From the NCBI GenBank assembly GCA_964565215.1, contig CAZMCO010000001.1:2025-66024 (forward strand): a stretch of 64,000 bases of DNA. Direction: 5' to 3'. Both the position numbers and the translations under genes were made by a program. Positions 27,542 through 36,151 of the stretch are shown here, in pieces (the stretch's first letter is position 1; the number at the start of each line of letters is the position of its first letter). A model generated the notes under the pieces. The model saw nothing but the letters and a program-made list of their open reading frames with translations, made no database searches and was not told the DNA's origin. This DNA is from an uncultured Candidatus Saccharibacteria bacterium. Its GTDB lineage: Bacteria; Patescibacteriota; Minisyncoccia; Portnoybacterales; UBA2143.

Positions 27542-28380
27542 GGCTGTTGTTTGTTGCCGCTATCCTTATCTGGTCAGCTGTTTTTTCACAAGCCCAAGAC
27601 AATATTTTAGAGGTGACTTTTTTCAATGTGGGACAAGGCGATAGTATTTTTATTGAAACACCGCAAGGACGACAAGTTTTAATTGACGGCGGGCCAGATA
27701 AAACTGTTTTAGAAAAATTAAGTCAGACAATGCCTTTTTATGATAGAACTATTGATTTACTTATTTTAACCCATCCTGATGCTGACCATATTACTGGTTT
27801 AGTGGAGGTGCTTAAGTATTACCAAGTTAGTCATATTTTAACCAGTGGCATTAAGAAAGATACGGTTGTCTATCAAAAATGGCGAGATTTAATTCAACAA
27901 AAGAGTATCCCGTTAACCATAGCTCAAGCCGGTCAGAAAATTATCCTGCAAGAGGATGTAGTTATGAAAATTTTCTGGCCGGAGCAATCGCTGATTAAAT
28001 CCTTTAGTAAAAATACTAATAATGTTTCCATAGTTGGCCAATTAGTTTACGGACAATCAGAATTTCTTTTGACTGGCGATATTGAAAAAGAAGTTGAACA
28101 GTATCTTGTTAGACCCTTAAGGTCTAACAGTTTGCAGTCAGATGTTTTAAAAATACCTCATCATGGCAGTAAAACCTCCGCTAGTCAAAATTTTCTCAAA
28201 GCAGTTAATCCGCAAATAGCAATCATTTCCGTTGGCCTTAATAATCGTTATAAACATCCTCATGCCGAAGTTTTAGAAAGATTAAAAAATTATATAATTT
28301 ATCGAACCGATAAAAATGGTGATATTAAGGTATTTACTAATGGTAATTTTTTTAATATAATTACAGAATATGAATCATAA
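27505..28380 (+). CDS. comEC: ComEC C-terminal metallo-beta-lactamase domain, separate ORF
   Basis: HPDADH MBL motif after a single N-terminal TM. In other bacteria this domain is normally fused to the preceding ComEC ORF. Confidence 0.8.
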   Translation: MLKNKKLTYSTLGLLFVAAILIWSAVFSQAQDNILEVTFFNVGQGDSIFIETPQGRQVLIDGGPDKTVLEKLSQTMPFYDRTIDLLILTHPDADHITGLVEVLKYYQVSHILTSGIKKDTVVYQKWRDLIQQKSIPLTIAQAGQKIILQEDVVMKIFWPEQSLIKSFSKNTNNVSIVGQLVYGQSEFLLTGDIEKEVEQYLVRPLRSNSLQSDVLKIPHHGSKTSASQNFLKAVNPQIAIISVGLNNRYKHPHAEVLERLKNYIIYRTDKNGDIKVFTNGNFFNIITEYES

Positions 28381-28975
28381 AACCAAAGAGAGAACCTTAG
28401 TTTTAATTAAGCCAGATGGCGTTCAGCGTTCCTTAATTGGTCAAATAGTCCAGCGCTATGAACAAACTGGTCTAAAATTAGTCGGTTTAAAGTTTTTTAT
28501 TCCCTCTCCGGAATTAGTTAAGAAACATTATTTAGTAGTTGATACTTGGCTGGAATCAGTTGGCCAAAAAGCAAAAGAGGCCTATCTTAAAAAGGGATTA
28601 AAACCACCTTTTAAAGACTCTAAAAAATGCGGTCAGCAAGTTTTAAAAAGATTAGAGAAATATTTATCTTCTGGTCCAATGGTCGTCATGATTTGGCAGG
28701 GCAATGAAGCAGTTGGCATTGTCAGAAAAATTACTGGCGGCACTGAACCTTTGATTTCTGATGTGGGAACTATCAGAGGAGATTTAACTATTGATTCGTA
28801 TCAATTAGCTGATACTGATGATCGAGCTGTCAGAAATCTTATTCATGCTTCAGCTACCCCAGCCGAAGCAAAAAAAGAAATTAAAGTTTGGTTTAGAGAG
28901 AATGAGATTTTGAAATATCGTTTAATTCCCGAAGCGATATTGTATGATGTCAATTTAGATGGCCTTAAGGAATAG
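28370..28975 (+). CDS. ndk: nucleoside diphosphate kinase with ~60-aa internal insertion
   Basis: LVLIKPDGVQR and the active-site His region; 201 aa against a typical ~140. Confidence 0.8.
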   Translation: MNHKTKERTLVLIKPDGVQRSLIGQIVQRYEQTGLKLVGLKFFIPSPELVKKHYLVVDTWLESVGQKAKEAYLKKGLKPPFKDSKKCGQQVLKRLEKYLSSGPMVVMIWQGNEAVGIVRKITGGTEPLISDVGTIRGDLTIDSYQLADTDDRAVRNLIHASATPAEAKKEIKVWFRENEILKYRLIPEAILYDVNLDGLKE

Positions 28976-28982
28976 TCGTCCA

Positions 28983-29012
28983 TTGACAGTTATTTTTGGA
29001 TGGTGTTATACT
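28983..29012 (+). promoter_or_regulatory. near-consensus promoter TTGACA-18-TATACT
   Basis: Direct read; it sits 35 nt upstream of the zinc-ribbon ORF. Confidence 0.5.
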
Positions 29013-29046
29013 AATAGTGGTTCTTTAACTTAAAATAGGAGGGGAT

Positions 29047-29214
29047 AATGAAGTGTAAAAGCTGTGACAGTGAAATTAATATCAAATCAGCCAAAGAGAT
29101 AAAAAAAGGAAACCCTAGTTCTTATGTTGAATGTCCCTTTTGTGGCGCGATTAATCATATAAAATGCCGCCATAAGAGCGGCAAAAAGAAGAAAATAACC
29201 ATTGCTCAGATATA
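29047..29214 (+). CDS. 55-aa zinc-ribbon protein (CxxC...CxxC) with Lys-rich tail; not in ORF track (<60 aa)
   Basis: Shine-Dalgarno taggagggg 5 nt upstream. Hand translation: MKCKSCDSEINIKSAKEIKKGNPSSYVECPFCGAINHIKCRHKSGKKKKITIAQI. Confidence 0.4.
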
Positions 29215-29257
29215 AAAAATAAAAAAAAACGTCTTAACAAGGCGTTTTTTCTTTTTG

Positions 29258-29333
29258 TCGGGGCGACTGGATTTGAACCAGCGATCTCATCCTCCCCGAG
29301 GATGCGCTTTAAACCGGACTAAGCTACACCCCG
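29258..29333 (-). tRNA. tRNA-Pro (anticodon GGG; C at position 33)
   Basis: Manual fold. C1:G72 and A73 are as in Pro tRNAs. The anticodon arm is CATCC-TCGGGGA-GGATG. CCA is not encoded. Confidence 0.6.
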
Positions 29334-29334
29334 T

Positions 29335-29523
29335 TTATTTAGTTTTTCCCATGGCTTTAATGCATTTAGCGCAGGCCTTAACTCTTTTACCACTAGCTAA
29401 ATAAACCCATTGTAGATTAGGGTATTTTCTTTTTTTAGTAGTTGGGTTATACTTACCACGAAGCTTTTTGCGGACAGTAGCCACCATTGATTTTTTGCCG
29501 CAAATAGCGCATCTTCTAGACAT
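29335..29523 (-). CDS. rpmB: ribosomal protein L28
   Basis: MSRRCAICGK...YPNLQ matches the L28 family, zinc-ribbon variant. Confidence 0.75.
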   Translation of the reverse strand: MSRRCAICGKKSMVATVRKKLRGKYNPTTKKRKYPNLQWVYLASGKRVKACAKCIKAMGKTK

Positions 29524-29569
29524 AATAGATGTATCTTACCAGATTTTTTTAATTTTTACAAGATAATTA

Positions 29570-30184
29570 ATGCTTATACAAATTCTTTTTGAAAATCCAG
29601 TATTATTTTTAATAATAGCCGTGGCTATTATTTTTGCTCTTGTTATTCATGAATTTTTCCATGCCTGGATGGCTTATTATTTAGGCGATAATACCGCTAA
29701 AGACCAAGGACGTTTAACTATAAATCCTCTTGTCCATTTGGATCCGTTTGGGACAATTCTTCTTTTTATTGTAGGGATTGGTTGGGGCAAACCAGTTCCT
29801 TTTAATCCTTATAATCTACGAAATCAAAAATGGGGGCCAGCTTTAGTGGCTTTGGCTGGTCCAGCTTCTAATTTTGGCCTGGCAGTAACAGTTGGACTTA
29901 TTTTGCGTTTTGCAGAGATTTCTAATCCTTATTTCGCTTTTTTCTTAAGTTTTTTTGTTTGGATTAATCTTATTCTCGGAGTATTTAATTTAATGCCTGT
30001 CCCGCCTCTTGACGGTTCGCATATTTTTTTCACTTTATTTCCTTCCCTAGAAAATGTTAAAGCTTCTATCCAGGGTAGTTTTTTGTTCCTTATAGTTGTA
30101 ATTTTCTTTATGATTTATATTGGCATTCCTTTTATAATCAAGCCACTTTTCATTTTGATAACAGGGGTGTCTTCTGTATTTTAA
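29570..30184 (+). CDS. site-2 protease-family membrane zinc metalloprotease (COG1994-like)
   Basis: HEFFH (HExxH) inside a TM helix and a downstream LDG motif. Confidence 0.65.
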   Translation: MLIQILFENPVLFLIIAVAIIFALVIHEFFHAWMAYYLGDNTAKDQGRLTINPLVHLDPFGTILLFIVGIGWGKPVPFNPYNLRNQKWGPALVALAGPASNFGLAVTVGLILRFAEISNPYFAFFLSFFVWINLILGVFNLMPVPPLDGSHIFFTLFPSLENVKASIQGSFLFLIVVIFFMIYIGIPFIIKPLFILITGVSSVF

Positions 30185-30191
30185 AGAATAC

Positions 30192-30223
30192 AAAAACCCT
30201 CTGATTTGTTAGAGGGTTTTTGT
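30192..30223. terminator. bidirectional terminator between the site-2 protease gene and htrA
   Basis: aaaccctct...agagggttt hairpin followed by T run. Confidence 0.65.
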
Positions 30224-30239
30224 TCTCAGGCAGAAAGCA

Positions 30240-31310
30240 TTACTTTCTTTCTTCCAATTTTAATTTAACTGTACCTATTTTATCATCTCGCAGAATTTTT
30301 ATTTCCACTAAATCACCTGGTTTGCCTTTATGGATAAGTTCTTGAAGAGGATTTTTTTCAGTAATCTTTGTTTTGTTGAATTCTAAAACAATATCACGTT
30401 CCATTAAACCAGCTTTAGCAGCTGGACTGTTCGGGACAACAGCTGGTTCACCGCTGCCTGGTTCCCGGATAATTAAAGCTCCATAATTAACTGGTAAATG
30501 AAGATTAAATCTTTCTTGGAAAGATTTTTGGAGTTCTTTATTGATTAAAATATAACGGACGCCTAAGAACGGTTGAATAATCCGGCCGTATTTTTTAAGA
30601 TCAAATAGGTCTTTTTTAGCGTTATTAACTGGAATAGCAAAACCAATATTTTGAGCCCCCATAACAATAGCTACATTAATGGCCACTGCTTTGCCATCTA
30701 AATCAACTAAAGGGCCGCCCGAGTTGCCTGGATTAATGGCTGCGTCAGTTTGGACTAGTCCGCGTAATTGAGCCGCTTGGCCAGAAATACCATCATGGGC
30801 AGTAATAAAACGACTTAGACCGGAAATGACACCAGTGGAGACAGTATTACGAAAAGTACCCAAGGCATTGCCAATGGCAATGACGCTTTGCCCTAGTTCT
30901 ACTTTAGTGGAATCGCCTAATTCTAAAATAGGAAATTTTTTCCCTTTGGTATTTTTGAGTTTAAGAATAGCTACATCATTAACTAGGTCGCGGGCTAAAA
31001 TTTCTGCCTGATATTCTTTTTCATCAGCCGTAATAATTGTATAATCTACTTCAGGCGAGATGATCACATGACGGTTGGTTAAAATAATTCCCTCTGGCGA
31101 GACAAAAAAGCCGCTGCCGCCGCCAATTTTAACTCGTTGGCTGCCTTCTTGACGATACTGAGGAATTGGCTGTCCATAAGGACCAAGAAATTCGTCAAAG
31201 GGTTGAACATAGAATTTTCTGATTTTGGGTAAGTCCTTGCTGATAATAATGCTAATAACAGCTGGACTAATTTTTTTAACTACTTGAACCACTGGTGATT
31301 TTTGAGCCAT
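30240..31310 (-). CDS. htrA: HtrA/DegP-family serine protease with PDZ domain
   Basis: GNSGGPL catalytic Ser motif, a His/Asp triad and a C-terminal PDZ domain. Confidence 0.9.
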   Translation of the reverse strand: MAQKSPVVQVVKKISPAVISIIISKDLPKIRKFYVQPFDEFLGPYGQPIPQYRQEGSQRVKIGGGSGFFVSPEGIILTNRHVIISPEVDYTIITADEKEYQAEILARDLVNDVAILKLKNTKGKKFPILELGDSTKVELGQSVIAIGNALGTFRNTVSTGVISGLSRFITAHDGISGQAAQLRGLVQTDAAINPGNSGGPLVDLDGKAVAINVAIVMGAQNIGFAIPVNNAKKDLFDLKKYGRIIQPFLGVRYILINKELQKSFQERFNLHLPVNYGALIIREPGSGEPAVVPNSPAAKAGLMERDIVLEFNKTKITEKNPLQELIHKGKPGDLVEIKILRDDKIGTVKLKLEERK

Positions 31311-31344
31311 AATTATTCCTCCTTTTATATTCTATTATATTTCA

Positions 31345-31373
31345 TTGACTATGTTTAGTCAATATTATAGTAT
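31345..31373 (+). promoter_or_regulatory. putative promoter of the tRNA cluster (TTGACT-17-TAGTAT)
   Basis: Direct read; it ends 18 nt before tRNA-Arg. Confidence 0.4.
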
Positions 31374-31390
31374 AAAAAGGTGTGGAAAAC

Positions 31391-31464
31391 TGCCCTCGTA
31401 GCTCAGCGGATTAGAGCAGCGCACTCCTAACGCGCAGGTCGCACGTTCGAGTCGTGCCGAGGGC
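31391..31464 (+). tRNA. tRNA-Arg (anticodon CCT)
   Basis: Manual fold: acceptor GCCCTCG/CGAGGGC, anticodon loop CTCCTAA. Confidence 0.7.
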
Positions 31465-31469
31465 GCTAA

Positions 31470-31544
31470 GGGGGATGTAGCTCATTTGGCTAGAGCGTTT
31501 GCGTGGCACGCAAAAGGTAGCGGGTTCGACTCCCGCCATCTCCA
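31470..31544 (+). tRNA. tRNA-Ala (anticodon GGC)
   Basis: Manual fold: the G3:U70 Ala identity pair is present and the anticodon loop is GTGGCAC. Confidence 0.75.
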
Positions 31545-31551
31545 CTTATTG

Positions 31552-31623
31552 GCCGAGGTAGCTCAGGGGTAGAGCGCTTCTCTGAAAAAGAAGAAGTCGG
31601 CGGTTCGATTCCGCCCCTCGGCA
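31552..31623 (+). tRNA. tRNA-Phe (anticodon GAA)
   Basis: Manual fold: anticodon arm CTTCT-CTGAAAA-AGAAG. Confidence 0.8.
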
Positions 31624-31731
31624 CATAAATTTTTCGCTTTGCTCAAAATTTGAGTAGTTAGTAATTTGTAATTAGTAATTTAGCGAAAAATTTATCCCAA
31701 ATTACAAATTACACACACAAAATACTTTTCG
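31624..31731 (+). repeat. spacer element with 13-nt perfect inverted repeat (ataaatttttcgc / gcgaaaaatttat), internal palindrome ctcaaaatttgag and tandem tagtaattt / aaattac repeats
   Basis: Direct read of the spacer between tRNA-Phe and tRNA-Gly. Confidence 0.5.
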
Positions 31732-31803
31732 GCGGGTGTCGTATAGCGGTTATTACACGTGCTTGCCAAGCACGCGACGGCGGTTCGACTCCGCTCACCC
31801 GCT
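31732..31803 (+). tRNA. tRNA-Gly (anticodon GCC)
   Basis: Manual fold: anticodon arm CGTGC-TTGCCAA-GCACG, a 4-nt variable loop, and a U73 discriminator. Confidence 0.75.
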
Positions 31804-31812
31804 CAAAACTAT

Positions 31813-31841
31813 TGACAAACTTATCAGAGTATGTTAGTATA
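31813..31841 (+). promoter_or_regulatory. putative promoter TTGACA-17-TAGTAT followed by hairpin aaaatcccc-agat-ggggatttt (31846-31868)
   Basis: Direct read; located upstream of the 3D-domain gene. Confidence 0.4.
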
Positions 31842-31885
31842 CAGAAAATCCCCAGATGGGGATTTTAAGTTTGCTTTAAAAACAT

Positions 31886-32380
31886 ATGTATACTAACCCT
31901 AAGATTTCCGCTTCTTTGATTTTGGTTAGTTTGGTTTATCACATTGTTTTACCTCAATATGGTTTAGCTGATCTAAATTTAATTGAGGAACAAGAATTTA
32001 AGTTACCACTAATGCCTTTTAATGGATTGGTTACTCTTCAAGGTCAGGCCTTGATTCAATCAACTAATCCAGATACCCCAGTGATCTTGGCTCAATACTG
32101 GGTGCCAGTAACTGGTTATTCCAGTACCCCAGACCAAACTGACTCAACGCCTTTTATCACTGCTTCAGGAACTTATGTTCATGATGGAGTGATTGCTTGT
32201 AACTTTTTGAGGTTTGGTACTAAGGTCCGTTTCCCTCAACTATATGGAGAAAAGATTTTCTTAGTTGAGGATCGGATGGCTGCTAAAAACAGTCATAAAA
32301 TGGATATCTGGTTTATTAGCCGCGATCAAGCCAAACAATTCGGTATCAAAATAGCCAAAGTAGAGATTCTGGAAACATAA
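31886..32380 (+). CDS. 3D-domain (MltA-like) cell-wall-associated protein
   Basis: Signal/TM N-terminus and the conserved 3D-domain Asp residues (…FLVEDRMAAKNSHKMDIWF). Confidence 0.65.
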   Translation: MYTNPKISASLILVSLVYHIVLPQYGLADLNLIEEQEFKLPLMPFNGLVTLQGQALIQSTNPDTPVILAQYWVPVTGYSSTPDQTDSTPFITASGTYVHDGVIACNFLRFGTKVRFPQLYGEKIFLVEDRMAAKNSHKMDIWFISRDQAKQFGIKIAKVEILET

Positions 32381-32410
32381 AGACCCCGTTATTCGACGGG
32401 GTCTTTATTT
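32381..32410 (+). terminator. rho-independent terminator (agaccccgt...acggggtct + T run)
   Basis: Perfect 9-bp GC-rich stem followed by TTTATTT. Confidence 0.7.
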
Positions 32411-32497
32411 GGTGCCGCGGGTGGGACTCGAACCCACACGGGCATAATGCCCACACGATTTTAAGTCGTGCGCGTAAGCCAATTCCGCCACCGCGGC
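32410..32497 (-). tRNA. tRNA-Leu (anticodon TAA), CCA encoded
   Basis: Manual fold: long variable arm and anticodon arm CACGA-CTTAAAA-TCGTG. Confidence 0.8.
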
Positions 32498-32498
32498 C

Positions 32499-32572
32499 TG
32501 GAGGTCATGACCGGATTCGAACCGGTGTACACGGTTTTGCAGACCGTTGCCTAGCCGCTCGGCCACATGACC
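32499..32572 (-). tRNA. tRNA-Cys (anticodon GCA), CCA encoded
   Basis: Manual fold: anticodon arm ACGGT-CTGCAAA-ACCGT and U73. It is 1 nt from tRNA-Leu. Confidence 0.8.
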
Positions 32573-32604
32573 TTTTTCTTAGATTACCATATTTTCAATC
32601 AAAT

Positions 32605-32940
32605 TCAAGATTTCTTAATTTTTCCTAAAATTTCTTCAATTCGTTGAGCTTTAATTTCCGCTTGGTCTATGGCAAATCTGATTTTAGGAACTATTCTCAT
32701 ATGTAATTTTTTATTTAGGATTTGCTGAAGATGGAAAATATTTCTTTCTAAAATTCTTAAAACCAGTTCATCTTTTTTTACTGGCATAACACTGATTTTA
32801 ATTTTTGCCTGTCTTAAATCAGTTGATGTTTCTACATTAGTCACTGTTACTAAGATATTACCAAAATCAATTTCTCGTAGAATTAATTGACTAATTTGTT
32901 GTTTAATTAATTGATTGACTCGTTTAATCCGTTGGCTCAT
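32605..32940 (-). CDS. rbfA: ribosome-binding factor A
   Basis: RbfA KH-like fold; N-terminus R..RV...+. Confidence 0.8.
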   Translation of the reverse strand: MSQRIKRVNQLIKQQISQLILREIDFGNILVTVTNVETSTDLRQAKIKISVMPVKKDELVLRILERNIFHLQQILNKKLHMRIVPKIRFAIDQAEIKAQRIEEILGKIKKS

Positions 32941-32943
32941 TAA

Positions 32944-34452
32944 TTAAATTTCTCTTTTCTTTTTTTCCTCCTGATAGATTTCTAAAATATCTCCTTTTTC
33001 CACCCTGGTTTGGCTTTCCAAGAGAAGGCCGCATTCTTGTCCCTTAGCTATTTCTTCGGCATCTTTTTTATTGCGTTGGAGTTGGATTAATCTGGCCTGA
33101 CCTATTTTTTTATTCTCCCTAATAATATCAATGAGAACACTTTTTTTAACTCGTCCGCTAGTTACCCGGCCGCCAATAATCTGTCGGTCTTTCTCGCTAT
33201 GGAATAGAGCTAAAACCCTAATTTGCCCAATAACATTCTTAATAATTTCTGGTTTTAAAAGCTGAGAAAGCAGTTCTCTGACTCCTTGGATAAGCTCGTA
33301 GATTACTTCAAAAAGTGAGATTTTTATTTTCCTCTGTTGAGCTAATTCTCTAATAGCTGAACTAGCTTTAACTCGAAAACCGATTATTTTTGCTTGAGCT
33401 GATTCAGCTAATTTAATATCTGATTCATTGATTTCACCGACTTCGCTTTTTAAAACCCTTAAGATGACTTCTTCTGAAAGAATATTTTTAAGTGATTCTC
33501 TAATTGCTTCTAAAGAACCTTGAACATCGGCTTTGAGAATTATATTAAGGATTTTTTTGTCTGGCTCAAAAACAAAGACTTCTTTTTCTTCTTTTCTTTT
33601 GGATGTTTTTTTGACTATCCTAACCTGGGCTTCTTCTAAACTATTAAAAACAGAGAATTTTTCTCCTATTTGAGGAACCCGATTAAATCCGGTGACAATA
33701 ACCGGCATTGAGGCGGTCGCTTTTCCTAAGGGCTGAAATTGAAAATCTTCCATTGTTTTAATTCGTCCGCTGGCTGAATCTGTTCCGACAATATCTTTAT
33801 TTTTTAAAGTGCCTTTCTTTACTAAGAGGGTAGCCGTTGGTCCTCGTCTGGGGTCTTGATAAGACTCAATAACCAGACCAGAGGCCAATTGGTCTATTTT
33901 AGTTTTTAATTCTTCCATTTCAGATAATAAAATAATCATTTCTAAAAGTTCATCGATGCCCTGGCCGGTTTTAGCCGAAAGATTAACTGAAGGCACTTGG
34001 CCGCCTAAAGATTCCACGATAATATTATTTTCTGATAGTTCTTTTTTGACTTTTTCTGGTTGAGCTTCTTTTTTATCAATTTTATTTAGAGCAATAATTG
34101 AAGGAAGACCAATTTTTTTTATATGAGCGATAGATTCTTTAGTTTGCGGCTTGATCCCTTCTTCAGCCGCTATGACCAGAACAGCAATATCAGCTACTTT
34201 GGCTCCTCGGGAACGCATAGCGGAAAAGGCCTCATGACCGGGCGTGTCAATAAAAGTAATCTTTTTGCCTTGATGTTCTATCTGATAAGCGCCAATGTGT
34301 TGGGTAATGCCGCCAGCTTCTTTTTCAACTATTTTGCTTTTACGGATATAGTCAAGAATACTTGTTTTACCATGGTCAACATGGCCTAAAATAACCACTA
34401 CTGGCGGCCGAGATTGTAATCTATTATCTTTTTTTTCATTTTTTTTTGACAT
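32944..34452 (-). CDS. infB: translation initiation factor IF-2 (compact, 502 aa)
   Basis: GHVDHGKTS G-domain, DTPGHE, NKID and C-terminal beta-barrels. The N-terminal domains are absent. Confidence 0.9.
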   Translation of the reverse strand: MSKKNEKKDNRLQSRPPVVVILGHVDHGKTSILDYIRKSKIVEKEAGGITQHIGAYQIEHQGKKITFIDTPGHEAFSAMRSRGAKVADIAVLVIAAEEGIKPQTKESIAHIKKIGLPSIIALNKIDKKEAQPEKVKKELSENNIIVESLGGQVPSVNLSAKTGQGIDELLEMIILLSEMEELKTKIDQLASGLVIESYQDPRRGPTATLLVKKGTLKNKDIVGTDSASGRIKTMEDFQFQPLGKATASMPVIVTGFNRVPQIGEKFSVFNSLEEAQVRIVKKTSKRKEEKEVFVFEPDKKILNIILKADVQGSLEAIRESLKNILSEEVILRVLKSEVGEINESDIKLAESAQAKIIGFRVKASSAIRELAQQRKIKISLFEVIYELIQGVRELLSQLLKPEIIKNVIGQIRVLALFHSEKDRQIIGGRVTSGRVKKSVLIDIIRENKKIGQARLIQLQRNKKDAEEIAKGQECGLLLESQTRVEKGDILEIYQEEKKKREI

Positions 34453-34930
34453 TGACTCCTGCCTTTTTTAAGGCCTCCATTTCTTCTTTAGACAAAGGAT
34501 ATTTTGATTGACCAACTTCTATTGGCTTACTGTAAATTCTGCTTTCTTCCCTTGAATACAAACTAGAGATAACTAAACCATTATTTTTTGAATCAAGTAA
34601 AGCGATGACAAAACTTTGGTCACCGCCAGTATCTTTAAAAGGATTGAAGCGGATCAAGCCAACTTTCTGAATACTTTGACTGGCCATTTTCTCTAAAACC
34701 TTAGAAGATTTAATCAGTTTTTTAATTTCCGCCTCTGATTTTTTCATTCGTTTAATTTCTTCAAAGAGAACTCCTTCTAAATCAGAGGCCTTTTTACCAG
34801 CAAAAAATACTTTCAGCTTTTTTTTAATTTGCCAAAGATGAAAATGAAGGAAAAAATTCCAAATAATCAATAGGCTAATAACTATTAGAAAAATAAAGAA
34901 AATTGTCTGGTTAATTAAGATATTTTCCAT
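34436..34930 (-). CDS. DUF4446-like membrane-anchored protein
   Basis: N-terminal TM plus the ...LIRFNPFKDTGGDQSFVIALLD... core, resembling DUF4446. Confidence 0.45.
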   Translation of the reverse strand: MENILINQTIFFIFLIVISLLIIWNFFLHFHLWQIKKKLKVFFAGKKASDLEGVLFEEIKRMKKSEAEIKKLIKSSKVLEKMASQSIQKVGLIRFNPFKDTGGDQSFVIALLDSKNNGLVISSLYSREESRIYSKPIEVGQSKYPLSKEEMEALKKAGVNVKKK

Positions 34931-35077
34931 GGCGGAGTTAACGTCCCAAATTTCGAACTAAAATTGTCTCAAATTGATCCTTTTGTCCGGAAATTAAGGA
35001 AAATTTACAAAGTTAATCCTGAATGGTTTGAGGTTCCTGAATTTGGGATTGAATTATTTTAGTCCTTATCTTTAAAG

Positions 35078-36070
35078 TTATTCTACATTAAACATCACAT
35101 AATTGCCAGATTCTTTAACAGCGACATCGCGAGATTTTCGGTGATTTTTGTAATCAAAGTTTTTAATCAAATTTTCTAATTGCTTCTTGTCTTTAGCAAT
35201 AAAACATTGATAGCTACTAGCCAATATGAGTTGATTTATTTCTTTTACTTTCTTTTTATCCAATTTAAGAAAATGTTCCGTTTTTGATTTAATTTTAGGC
35301 TTTATTGCAATACATAAATCCGGTCTTAGTGGAAAGAGAACAATAGCATTCGAGGATAATAAGCCGTTCATAATTTTTGTTGGCGATAAAGTAAAACAAG
35401 GATTATCTGATGTTGTAAAAAAGGAGTCTTTTGGCGCGTTTAAAAACAACCACTGAACATTAAATAACCCTTTTGCTAATCTCTCAACTTTTAAAATATC
35501 TTTTGAGTGCCCTGTATTTGTTAATTTTATTTTATAATCATCACTATGAAGAAATTGAAAGGTCTGCTTCTTGATTTCCGCATCAGACATCGTATTAATT
35601 TTTTCCAAAGCGTCTTTCTCAAATTTATTGGCAGGATTATGTTTAAGAATTTCTTCTTTTGAAATTTTGATTTTATCCAAAGAAGAAGTATCTTTTCGTA
35701 TAAAATATTTAATTACTGCTTCCATAAATTTGTCGGTCTCTTCCCTATGTCTTAGAGTTCTAATATATTGAAGAGCAACATAAAATGCGATACAACTTCG
35801 TTCCCATCCGTTTAATTGTTTTTGTTTTTTATTATCAATATTTCTGATACTTTCGGTTCCCTTAGAATCAATCAAAGCTGTTATTTTTTCGGGTAAATAA
35901 AATTTGTCTTTTCCTTCGGTAAAAACATTAAAATCTTTTTTCCAAAAACCTTTCCATCTAACCCCTCGCTCTATGAATTTATTTTCTGGAATCAAATAAA
36001 TATTAAGCTGATTACTGTTATTCTGCCATTGCACAAGGTATTTGGCTTGAATAGTGTGGTGTTTTGCCAT
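35078..36070 (-). CDS. hypothetical 330-aa protein, DUF4238-like
   Basis: N-terminal HH..Q..YL motif and internal TSDNP motif as I recall for DUF4238. It is divergent from the methyltransferase, with an 81-nt shared promoter region. Confidence 0.35.
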   Translation of the reverse strand: MAKHHTIQAKYLVQWQNNSNQLNIYLIPENKFIERGVRWKGFWKKDFNVFTEGKDKFYLPEKITALIDSKGTESIRNIDNKKQKQLNGWERSCIAFYVALQYIRTLRHREETDKFMEAVIKYFIRKDTSSLDKIKISKEEILKHNPANKFEKDALEKINTMSDAEIKKQTFQFLHSDDYKIKLTNTGHSKDILKVERLAKGLFNVQWLFLNAPKDSFFTTSDNPCFTLSPTKIMNGLLSSNAIVLFPLRPDLCIAIKPKIKSKTEHFLKLDKKKVKEINQLILASSYQCFIAKDKKQLENLIKNFDYKNHRKSRDVAVKESGNYVMFNVE

Positions 36071-36151
36071 AATTACATATCCTGTGGATAAAGCGGGTTT
36101 GTGTCTGTATAGGTATCATATTATAATATAAGTAGTAACGCAAATGATTTT

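Noticed and set aside
29047-29214. Zinc-ribbon 55-aa ORF as ribosomal protein L33/L31/L36
   Set aside because: The Cys spacing and flanking residues do not match those families as I recall them. I left it as an uncharacterised zinc-ribbon protein.
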